A stretch of 64,000 nucleotides of DNA from the human T2T-CHM13v2.0 reference genome, Homo sapiens. Made by a program: the position numbers and the translations under genes. Location of the stretch: assembly GCF_009914755.1 (NCBI RefSeq), contig NC_060929.1; one strand, written 5' to 3'. Below the pieces are notes generated by a model. It searched no databases, was not told the DNA's origin, and worked only from the letters and a program-made list of their open reading frames with translations. Shown piece by piece: positions 46,873-58,266 of this stretch (the stretch's first letter is position 1; each line of letters begins with the position of its first letter).

Positions 46873-48200
46873 TGAGAGGTGACAACATGCAAGCAGCCCT
46901 TGCTCTTGGTGCCTCCTTGGCCTTGTCGTCTGCTCTGGCTGCACTTGAGGAGCCCTTCAGGCCACCGCTGCATATGAGGGCCCCTCTCTGGTGCTTGCCG
47001 AGGCTGGAGCTGGCTCCCTCTGCTGGCAGGGCAGTGTGAAGAGAGAGGCGCTGGCGGGAGTTGGGGCTGTGCGTGGTGCTCGCGGGCTGGTGTGGGTTCC
47101 AGGTGAGCACGGGCTGGGCAAGCGCCGCAGTCTTCACGGCCGGCTAGCTCCTTCTGGGCTTGATCGGAGGCTGAATCCCATGCTTGGACCGCTGTTCCCT
47201 ATTCGTGGAATCATTGACCATGATAGCAGGTCTCCGTCTCTTTCTCGCTTTCCCTATTTTCCTCTTGATTGTCTGGAACGAGCTCCCTCTGGGCTGCCGG
47301 AGTGTCCGGGGTAGGTGCCGCAAAGTCCCGTGGTGAGTGCCAGTGAGAGGTGAAGCTGGCTGGGCTTCTGGGACGGGTGGGGACTTGGAGAACTTTTGTG
47401 TCTAGCTAAAGGATTGTAAACACACCAGTCAGCACTCTGTGTCTAGCTAAAGGTTTGTAAATGCACCATTCAGCACTCTGTGTCTAGCTAATTGGGTGGT
47501 GACTTGGAGAACTTTTCTGTCTAGCTAAAGGGTTGTAAATGCACCAGTCAGCCCTCTGTTTCTAGCTAAAGGTTTGTACACGCATCAATCAGCACTCTCT
47601 CAAAACAGACCAATCAGCTCTTTGTAAAACGTACCAATCAGCTCTCTGTAAAATGGACCAATCAGCTCTCTGCAAAATTGACCAATCAGTTCTCTGTAAA
47701 ATGGACCAATCAGCAGGATCAGGGTGGGGCCAGATAAGGGAATAAAAGCAGGCAACCTGAGCCAGCAGCAGCAACTCACTCGGGTACCCTTGCGTGTTGT
47801 GGAAGCTTTGTTCTTTCATTCTTCGCAATAAATCTTGCTGCTGCTCACTCTTTGGGTTCGCTCTGTCTTTATGAGCTGTAACACTCACTGCGAAGTTCTG
47901 CAGCTTCACTCCTGAAGCCAACAAGACCATGAACCCTCTGGGCAGAAGGAGCAACTCTGGACACGCCACCTTGAAGAGCTGTGACACTGACCGCGAAGGT
48001 CTGCAGCTTCACTCCTGAAATCAGCATTGACCACGAACCCACCAGAAGGAAGATGCTCCGGACACATCTGAACAGCTGAAGGAACAAACTCTGGACACAC
48101 CATCTTTAAGAACTGTTAACACTCACCGCGAGGGTCCGCAGCTTCATTCTTGAAGTCCGCGAGACCAAGAACCCACTCTAAGTAATCAATTCTGGACACA
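46873..48200 (+). mobile_element. LTR12-family (ERV9) solo LTR
   Basis: TG...CA termini, 4-bp TSD cagg (46869-46872 / 48201-48204), tctagctaaagg enhancer repeats, CCAAT repeats, U5 repeats (gcagcttcactcctgaa). Confidence 0.96.
47370..47780 (+). promoter_or_regulatory. LTR12 U3 enhancer/promoter
   Basis: CCAAT at 47610, 47634, 47658, 47682, 47706 (24-bp period), GC box gggtggggc, AGATAAG at 47732, AATAAAA TATA-like box at 47741. Activity not shown. Confidence 0.7.
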
Positions 48201-48451
48201 CAGGTACCGTCTGTCATGGCATCCCTTGGCTAGGAAAGGTAATTGCCTGACCCCTTGAGCTTCCAGGGTGAGGTGATGCCCCACCCTGCTTCGGCTCATG
48301 CTCTGTGGGCTGCACCCACTGTCTCACAAGTCCCAGTGAGATGTACCTGGTACCTCCGTTGGAAATGCAGAAATCACCCATCTTCTGTGTCGCTCACACT
48401 GGGAGCTATAGACTGGAGCTGTTCCTATTCCGCCATCTTGGAAACTCCTCC

Positions 48452-49260
48452 TACCTTATCTTTCTTATCTAAGGCAGTATGCCTTTTTTTTTTTTTCCTC
48501 AGCTGCTTTTAAGGTTTTTTCTTTTTTATCACTGCCTTTAAGCAAGTTGATTATAATATGCCTTGATGTAGTTTTCTTTGTTTATTGAGCTTTGATCTAT
48601 TCGTTTATAGTTTTTCTATTTTCTTTTCTCGTTTTTTGGGGATTCCATTTATATGTATATTATGTTTCTGAAATTTATCACACAGCCCACTGATCCTGTA
48701 TTGCCCCCTGCCACCATTTTTTTGCTTCCTGTGTTTTGTTTTGGATAGTTTCTATTGCTGTGTCTTTACATTCGCTAATCTTTTCTTCTGCTGTGCTTTG
48801 TCTAATGTGTTGTTTTTTTCATCTCAGGCATGGTGATTTTTATCTTTCTAAGTCTTTTAAAATATATTTCAAGTTTTGTTTACATTCTTGAACATAGGGA
48901 ATAAAATTGTAATAACCTTTAATGACCTTGTGTATGAATATTTCTTAATCTTTGTTATTTTTGGTTTTGATAGATTTTTCTGCTCCATATGTGTTCTGTT
49001 TTTCTTTTTCTTTGCATGCCTGTTTATCTTTGATTGTATGCTAAACATTGTGAATCTTTTTATTTGGTACAGTATATTTGTATATTCCTATACACTTTTG
49101 CTTTGTTCTGGGACATAGGTAAGTTATTTAGAAACAGTTATACTTTTTGCTCATGCTTTTAAGCTTTGTTAAACAGGAACAAACATTTATTTTAGGTTTA
49201 ATTTTACCCCGCTATTGAGGCAAAATACTTCTGAGTCCTTTTACCTGATCCCTATTGTTT
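48452..49260 (-). mobile_element. Continuation of the host L1M element
   Basis: Old antisense L1 motifs resume after the L1PA. Confidence 0.6.
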
Positions 49261-49944
49261 TTATACAAGAGGGTATAGTGAATAATTTTGTGATTATATG
49301 TGGTATTTTAGCTTTGTGTGTCAAATACATCATCTTGTCTTTAGCAAGCTAGATCACCAATTCTGATGACCCACCTATTAATAGATTTGTGCTTATTTTG
49401 CTCATGCAGAAACTTTGAAAATCTGAGATATTTTCTTCCTTTCTTGCCCTCTGCTCTGGCTTAGTCTTCTGGATACCATTGCTTCATTCCATGCACATAA
49501 GACATTCAGTGTCAGGAAAAGAATTATCCGGGTACTTGTTGAAAGTTGTGTTGCTCCTCATTGTTTAGTTACTGTTTTGGAATTTGGGTTTTCTTTTGAC
49601 TATCATCGTTCCCCAACTTTAATAAAAACTTGCTATTAATTATTGTCATTAAGTTATAATCATTTAAAATTAATTAAAGATAAAACACTTAAGGTGAACC
49701 TCAGCCTTTTAAATTCTCACTTCAAAATTTCAAATTTTCAGAATATTTTTGGTTACCTACATTCTGAATGCTGTTTCAAATTATTGCATAGAAAAAAAAT
49801 TTTAAGATTGATTTCTGAAGCAATAAAGACCTGCAGTACTCTTCATTGATTTAATTGAATTATATTCAGTTATTTTCTTAAATAGGCATTTTCTTTATTT
49901 TTAAAAGCAAACTGTTTATTATGAAATTCAGTCAAAAATCATAT

Positions 49945-50165
49945 TAATGGGTTCTGGAGATCTAATTTATACCATGGTGACTATAGGTACCAATATTGTA
50001 CTGTATTTGAAGGTTGCTAAGAGGATGGATCCTGTGTTCTCTTCACAAACACACACAAAAGAGGTAACCGTGTGGTGATAGATGTTAATTAGCTTGATTG
50101 TGGTGATTATTTCACATTGTAGACATAGATCAAGTCATCAAGTTGTGTACCTTATATACAAAAAA
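49945..50165 (+). mobile_element. L1MB/MC 3' end fragment
   Basis: ttctggagatcta...catggtgactatag...ttagcttgattgtggtgattatttcac. Confidence 0.75.
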
Positions 50166-51574
50166 ATCCAGTTTTTATTTATGATTACCATCCAAAAGTT
50201 ATAAACAAGTAACCAATTGAAAAAATTAACAGAATCTAAGATATTTTAGGAACATCAAAAATCAGATGATGATGTTGATCATGATGATGGCACATAATTA
50301 TATAAAATAACTGCTAATTAAATTGGTTTAAAAGGGATATTTTATATATGCATGAAGAACAGAAATCTTCACTGATGATAAATATCACAAATTATATAAT
50401 AATTAGACTTAACTGGGATGTTTCAGTAGGTGAGTTTGGAGGGGATGCAATGTAGTCTAGTTGTGTTCACACCCTCCAAAAATACTGAATTTAGCAAGTT
50501 TAGTGAGGCAGCTATAGAAATATTGTTCAAATTACATATGGTTATTAACCATTTTTGAATAGCTATAGTCTTATATTTCAAAATATTACTATTAAAACCG
50601 TTTATAGCCAGGAGAATCATATTGTGCATCTGTAACCCGTTCTTGGCATGTTATTGTCCACTGCCTAGGTAGTGATGAACCCTCCTGACTACCTGGATTT
50701 GAATCTCAGCACTGCACCTTTCAAGGTGTGAGATTTTGGCAGCTTATTCAACTGTTTGTCCTCAATTGTTTTGTTTATAATTTAGAAATAGTACTAGTAC
50801 TGGCCTTAGGAGGTGGTTGTAAGGATTTAATTAATTAGTGTGTGTGTGTATGTGTGTTTATTCTAGGACAGTTCTTTCTTGTAACAGATCCTTTAAAAGT
50901 CTTTGTTGTTAGTATTTACTTGTCTATTCTAGTATATAGTAAATTCCTTGAGGGAAGTGGTCATGTTTAGCTGGATTTCAAACTGCAGCAAATCCGTATG
51001 TTCTGGGGATGGTCTTTTATTGAGAGGACATGTTTGCATAGTGGACAGAACATAATATCTAGGCCTGACTCTTGAATTTAATTATTTCTAATCATATATT
51101 TCTCAGCAAACATTTATCTACTTTATAATGGAAGTACTTGAGTTCAGATAGATTAATAATGCTAACTCACAGGGTTTTATGCTTGTGGACTGTGCTTGTA
51201 AACTGAATTGGTGTACTACATGATGCCATTGGGGTGATGTTTCTCATTTAGAAGGGCCTCAAACATATGCTTCTGATGTTATCTCTAAATGATTTTATAC
51301 ACATAGTCAGAGCACACATTATATGTACCTATTTAAAACTGTTTCCCATTACAAGCCATACTGCTTGAAGTGCACTATAAATAACATCATTTTAAATATG
51401 TCAATCCAGTTTTTATAACCTTTATAACCTTTTACTATATCTGGAGTCTAATAAATTGGGAGTGGCTTGGGTCTTCCTTGACCTTATGAGAGGCCTTGTT
51501 AGATATTTGTTATTGCTTGCTATATACTTTATCAAATATGTTTGCTAGTAGACCCAGAACTTTCAATTTCTGTA

Positions 51575-51751
51575 TTGAATTTTCTGGTAGAGTAACATAA
51601 CATGCATTGATGGAAGTATACTTACAAAGTATACTATAAGCAAAGTATATTAGCAAAACCTAGCACACAACAAAAACTAGCCACTTTGCTAGTATACTTT
51701 ATAAGTATACTTTAATTAATGCATATTATGTTACTCTGCCAGAAAATTCAA
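51575..51751. repeat. Inverted repeat (fold-back), arms about 61 bp
   Basis: 51575-51635 is the reverse complement of 51691-51751 with about 6 mismatches. Confidence 0.92.
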
Positions 51752-52639
51752 CAAAGGATTATCCATTTCCATACTTTTTTCATTACATTTCCAGTCTTGT
51801 AATAATTAAAGGCCAGTTTCTTTATTTGTGCAACTCCTTGTAATAATGTGATATTTTTAGCTACAAATGATTCAACAGCAGTTCAGTAGTGGGGAATTGC
51901 TCGTAGTGACTAGAACAATGATGGTGGATTATAGTGATGTTTTCTGGTTTGTTATAGTTCTTGGTCATTTATGTGTTTTGAGAGGTAATATATATTTTTT
52001 ATTGTTTAATTTTAGACTTATAGAGAAGTTGAAAAAATAATAAAGAGAATTTCTGTATACCTTTACTCCTGTGTCCCCTAATGTTCACATATTCCATTAT
52101 ATAATTATAGTACAATTATTAAAACTAAGAAATTAACATTGACATAGTAATCTACAGATTTTATTTCAGTTTCACCAGTTGTCCCACTAAAGATCTTTTT
52201 CTTGTCTAGCATACAATCCAGTATCCCACATTGCATTTCATTGTCTCTTTAGTTTTTTACAGTTTATGGAAGTTCGTTAGTGTTTGTTTTTCATGACATT
52301 GACTATTTTGAAGACTACTGGCCATTGAGAGTTTGTAGGACGTCCTTCACTTTGGATTTTTCCTCAAGATTAGATTGAGTTTATACATTTTTGACAAGAA
52401 TACCATAGAAATGATGTTGTACCTTTCTCAGTGTAACATATTAGAGGATACTTGATATTCTTAAGCATTACTGTGGGTGATATTAACTTTGAATACTTGC
52501 TTGAGGTTTTGTTTGCTAGGTTTTGCTAATTTCTCCTTTTGTAATTAATAAGTATCTTGTGAAGAGATATTTTAAGAGAATACAAGTATCTTTTGTTTCA
52601 TTATACTTTTACCAACTAATTTTAGCAGAGTTAGCAAAT

Positions 52640-52980
52640 ACAGTCACATGTTGTTTAACAGTGGGGATATGTTTTGAGAAATCTTCGTTAGGTGATTTCT
52701 TTGATGATGTGCAAACATCACAGAGTATACTTAATACAAACCTAGATGACATATCACACCTAGGATATATAGTATGTATAGCCTGTTGCTCCAAGGCTAC
52801 AAACCCGTACAGCATGTTGCTGTGCTGAGTACTGTAGGCAGTTGTAATACAGTGGTAAATCTTTGTGTATCTACACACACCTAAACACAGAATAGGTACA
52901 GTAAAAATAAGGTATTATAATCTTATGGGACTACGCTTTTCCTTGTTGACTGAAATATTGTTATGTGGTGCATGATTTTA
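52640..52980 (+). mobile_element. Tigger3/MER7-like TcMar DNA transposon relic within L1ME fragments
   Basis: cagtcacatgttgtttaacagtggggatatgttttgagaa...acaaacctagatg...ggtacagtaaaaata...tataatcttatgggac. Confidence 0.8.
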
Positions 52981-53176
52981 TGGTTGGTTGTATACTCATA
53001 CATATACATTCACACATCTGCATTTGTCCATCTGTATTTATGTTAAAAGCCATTAGTTCAATGTAGAGTTTACTCTAGCCTTTCCTTCTTTCTTATTTGT
53101 AACTTTCTCTGACAGTGAAATCTGGCTTTCATTTTTCACAATATGTTCACTTATTTTCTCAGTCCTAGTATGCATG

Positions 53177-53702
53177 TGTATTAGGGTTCTCCAGAGGGAC
53201 AGAACTAATAGGATATATGTATATATGAAAGGGAGTTTGTTAAGGAGAATTGACTCATATGATCACAAGGTGAAGTCCCACGACAGGGCGTCTGCAAGCT
53301 GAGGATACAGGAAGCCAGTAGTGGCTCAGACTCAGTCCAAAAGCCTCAAGAGCAGGGAAGCTGATAGTCTGTGGCCAAAGGCCAGAGATCCCCCGCAAAC
53401 CACCGATGTAAGTCTAAGAGCTCAAGGGCCGAAGAACCTGGAGTCTGATGTCCAAGGGCAGGAAGCATCCAGCACAGGAGAAAGATGAAAGCCAGAAGAC
53501 TCAGCAAGCAGCTTATCCCACCTTTCTCGCCTGCTTTGTTCTAGCCGCACTGGCAGCCCATTGAGGGTAGGTCTTCCTCTGCCAGTCCACTGACTCAGAT
53601 GTCAGTCTCTGGCAACACCCTTAAAGACACACCAAGATACAATATTTTGCCAGCTATCTAGGCATTCTTCAATCAAGTTGACACGTAATATTAATCATCA
53701 CA
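53177..53702 (-). mobile_element. MLT2A-like (ERVL) solo LTR
   Basis: tgtattagggttctccagagggacagaac...attaatcatcaca; TSD gcatg. Confidence 0.9.
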
Positions 53703-55289
53703 GCATGTAAAACAGTTTAAGAATTGCTAATGAATATCCCTGTGAAAAACAAATTTTTAAAATATAGTACAGTATTTGATATAGTCCTTTTTGTCTTTAT
53801 GCATATATTTAAAATTTCTTAATTTAGTTTTATTCTTTCCCACCCCTTTCTGTTTCTCAATTTCATTTTGGATTCATCTCAATTCTAGCTGGTATTGATT
53901 AATTATTTACTTTTGGGTATGTGAACAATTACAAAAAATCAGAACTACCTAAAAAGGTATATTCAGAGATGTGCCACTGCACTCTTACCCTACTACACTC
54001 TTCTCATTTCCAGACATTTTACATTACATTTCCATCCAACCCTTTTATGTAGCCAAGCTCATTAGTTTCTGGTTTATGTGTCCTGTATTTCTTTTGTACA
54101 AATGAGTATGCATATTTTCTTATATTCTTTCTTAAATGAAGGGTAGTACGCTATAAACACAATTCTTTTGCATTTTGCTTTTTTACATAGCAATGTATTC
54201 TTGAAATCACTCCATATCAGCTCATAAGGAACTTCTCCTTTTTTGTGTGTACAAGTACATAATATGCCATTTAGGGATATGTCAACTTTCAACAACCCTC
54301 CAATGTATGGGTATTTGAGTTGTTTCCAGTATTTCATTATGTAAACAACACTGCAATGAATAACCTACGTATTTTTGTATTGTTGAAGGTTTATCTTTTC
54401 AGGTGAATTCCTAGATGTGTGATTGGTAGATCAAAAAGTAAGTATGCATGTTGTTTTCTTAGATGTTGCCAAATTTCTCTCCAGAAAAGGTGGACCAGTT
54501 TGAATTACCACTAGTAACATATGAAATTGCCTGATTCCTCACACCCTCACCAACAGAACCCCATTGTTTTTACTTTTTAATTTTCTTTTCTCTGATAGGT
54601 GAGAAATTATATCTCAGTGTTGTTTTAGTTTGCATTTCTCCAATTGCGAGTGAATTTGAACACATTTTCATGTCTCTAAAGGTCATTTCTGTGTCTTTTT
54701 TTGCATATTGTTTGTTTGTATCTTTTTCCTCTTTTTTTTTCTATTTGATTTTGATCCTTTGTCCTTCAAATTTGAAGATGTTGAAAATGTATTAGGGACA
54801 TTAACACTTTATTTGAGTACTACTTATTTTGAAGTGTTCCAATATAATGTATTCATTGTGCTTCTTTGGTGTTGGACTTCCCAAAATATTAATCTGGAAC
54901 AGGTAGGTCAGGTCTCAGATATTCTGAATCTTGTACAAAAAAAAAAAATGCTCTTTCAATCTGTTTGTGACAGAAATGAATAAACTTAGGAAATGTGATT
55001 AGAAAATAGACCTCTGTGTGGCCATTGTTATTCTCTCTATATCTTTTACACCTACTGTCTTCTGGAAAGTTCTTATTGCATGTGTGGAAATATCTTACCT
55101 ATCAGTTTTCAGTTACCTTCTTTTATTCAAAACTGTTGTCTCCTTTCTTGGTATTCCTATAGATTTTCTATATTTCATTATTACATTTACATTGAATTGT
55201 GGGCTGGCGTTTTAGCTGCCTGAGGTTCAGGGCCTTGTTGTCATATTTCCCTCCTTTTCTGTGCTTAATAATGAAAGTTACTAATAATG

Positions 55290-55500
55290 AGGATGGCCAC
55301 TGTGTGCTGTACGTGATACTCTGCCCTGTACATGAAACTCTGATGATATTATCCAGTAGGTCCTGTTACCATTTCAGTATTATGGATGAGGAAACTAACT
55401 CTCAGTGGTGTTTAATTTGTCTACAGCCAAATAGCTAGTGAGTGGCAAAGCTGGAATTGAACACAGGTGGTGTGGCTTCAAAGCATATGGGACTAATTAC
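55290..55500 (-). mobile_element. MIR relic containing the 30-bp unit at 55385-55414
   Basis: gatgaggaaact core and agctagtgagtggcaaagctggaattgaacacagg. Confidence 0.75.
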
Positions 55501-56964
55501 AATACTATATATCATGTCTTTTACTTTTGTACTTAGTTAATGTGCTTAAATTTTTATTTAGTTGATTTATTAAAGTTCTGTGACATTCTTGATATTCCAG
55601 GTATAAAATTGGGAGGGCCTTGGCCAAGGGAGTGGAAGTGAAAGTAAAGTGTAACAGCAAGAGAAATTGAACATCCACATGGAATTAAGTTTGGTTAAGT
55701 TTGTAAGGATATTTGAAGTTTTGTGAGAGTGAGTCTCCTGTTTTTTTTTGTTTGTTATTTTTTAATTGTCATTAATTCTGATTACATCAGCAAAAGGAAC
55801 CCGTTCTGTAGATGGCAACTATGTAGATGACATCTCAGAGTCACCAGTTCATTTGTACATTGTTTTAAAATTATTAAGAGATCTCAGCTGTGATGTTATT
55901 TTTATTTGCTAAGTGCTAAACATTAAACATTACTAAAATTTCCATCGGAGAAATTATTTGTTTAAATAATTTTAACAAAGCCTTGATTAGCATAAATATT
56001 TCTTAATGGGGTTGCTTGCCAAGTTGAGATACAATGCTTATGATACAATTTTGAATATATAGGTGTTCCTTTACACTTGGTAACACTTAAATGTAGAGAT
56101 TCAAATAGTTACCAGTGACAGTACTTTTTGATGAAAAATGATAACCTTTTCCATACTATTTTACAGGTGCCTCATAACTCTATGGAATAAGTGTGATTAT
56201 TTGTTAGTATTATTTTAAGATTAAATGACTTACGAAAGTCCTGCTCCAGTGCTGTTTTGATATTTTGAGAATTAGTTTTGTTATTATTGTATTTTAATCT
56301 ACCTTTATACTGAAAATACTTAGGTATAGTAAGGTCTATTACATTTATAAGTGAAGTGAAAATACCAAAATGTGTAGTAAAACAGCTACCTGACCAATTT
56401 TAAAGGAATGTACTACTTCATATTGCAAGTTCACCCACTTTGATCACTATATGTGTATCAAAATATCACAGGTATGCCATAAATATATAAAATTATGTAG
56501 CAATCTAAACTAAAAAAATAAAATTATAAGAAAATAACTGTTAAAAGCAACATTCTAACATTCTGTTGTGGAGTTGGTATTTCCATTTCTTTTGCTTCTT
56601 ATTCCTTCCTGCTGATCCATATTTCTGTCTGGTATCATTTCATTTTATCCTGAACAAATTCCTCTAGCATTTCCTGTAGTACAGGCTGGCTGGCAACAAA
56701 TTCCCTTAGTTTTATTTTAATTTTGCCTTCAATCTTGAAGGACCTTTTCTCTGAACAAAGATTCTAGATTGAAGGTTTTTTTCTTTCTTTTAGAAATTTC
56801 AATGTGTTGTTTTGTTTTCTCGTCTCCATTTTTTTTTCTGATAAGTTAGCATTCATTTGAATTATTGTTCTTTTGCATGTAATTGTTTTTCCTTGACTGC
56901 TTTTAATATTTTCTCTTTAACTTTGATTTTTAGCAGCTTGACTATGATGTGCCTAGGAGTTTTC

Positions 56965-57327
56965 TTTCTTTTTTTTAATTTCAATAGGTTTTAGGGTACA
57001 GGTGGTTTTTGGTTATATGGATGAATTATATATTGGTGAAGTCTGAGATTTTAATGTACCAGTTCCCTAATTAGTCTACATTCTACCCTATATGTAGTTT
57101 TTTATCCCTCATTCCCCTCTGCCTTCCCCCCTTCTGAGTCTCAGATGTTCATTATATCACTCTGTATGTCTTTGTGTAACTATAGCTTAGCTCCCACTTG
57201 TAAGTGAGAACATGAAGTATTTGATTTTCCATTCCCAAGTTACTTCACTTAGAATAATGACCTCCAGCTCCATCCAAGTTCCTGCAAAAGACATCATTTC
57301 CTTCTTTTTTCTGGCTGAGTAATATTC

Positions 57328-57380
<53 letters not shown>

Positions 57381-57560
57381 TGAACATCCACATGTAGTCA
57401 GTATATACTGAACTAATTTGATCAAGTTTGTAAGGATATTTGAAGTTTTGTCAGGGTGAGTCTTCCCAATATCCTTACAAACTTCACCTAATGACTATTT
57501 CTCAGAACATATCCCCACTGTTAAATACCCATGCATGCATATACCATATTTTCTTTTTCC
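56965..57560 (-). mobile_element. L1MA/PB 3' end within older L1M (about 56530-58960), interrupted by (TG)n and a patchwork insertion
   Basis: ttagctcccacttgtaagtgagaacatg...ggctgagtaatattcc; L1 resumes ataccatattttct after 57540. Confidence 0.85.
57331..57375. repeat. (TG)n microsatellite
   Basis: Direct read, about 22 units. Confidence 0.95.
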
Positions 57561-57879
57561 AAGGAGTGGACTTTTAAAAATGTTTTCTTTTTTGTTTGTT
57601 TGTTTGTTTGTTTTGTGTCTCCCCACCCCCCCCCCCCCACCCCCACGGATTGGCTGAGCTTCTTGAATCTATGAATGTATGTCTTTCAATCAAATTGGGA
57701 AATTCTTGGCTATTATTTTTAAAATGCTTTTCTACCTCCATTCTCTTTTTTCCTTTTCTTCTAAGACTTTAAAAATCCTTCTGCTGTTTGTCCTGCAGAT
57801 TGGATAATTTATATTGATCTTTCTTCAAGTTCATTGTCTCTATTTTCATCTCAATCTAGTGATTTAAAAAATTTTATAG

Positions 57880-58266
<387 letters not shown>

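Noticed and set aside
46870-47340. CpG-richer segment as possible XRCC4 promoter
   Set aside because: Belongs to the LTR12 U3; the native promoter and exon 1 are not in this window.
47370-48170. Periodic 24-bp, ~41-bp and ~80-bp repeats with ORFs 47589-48103
   Set aside because: Normal U3 and U5 repeats of LTR12/ERV9.
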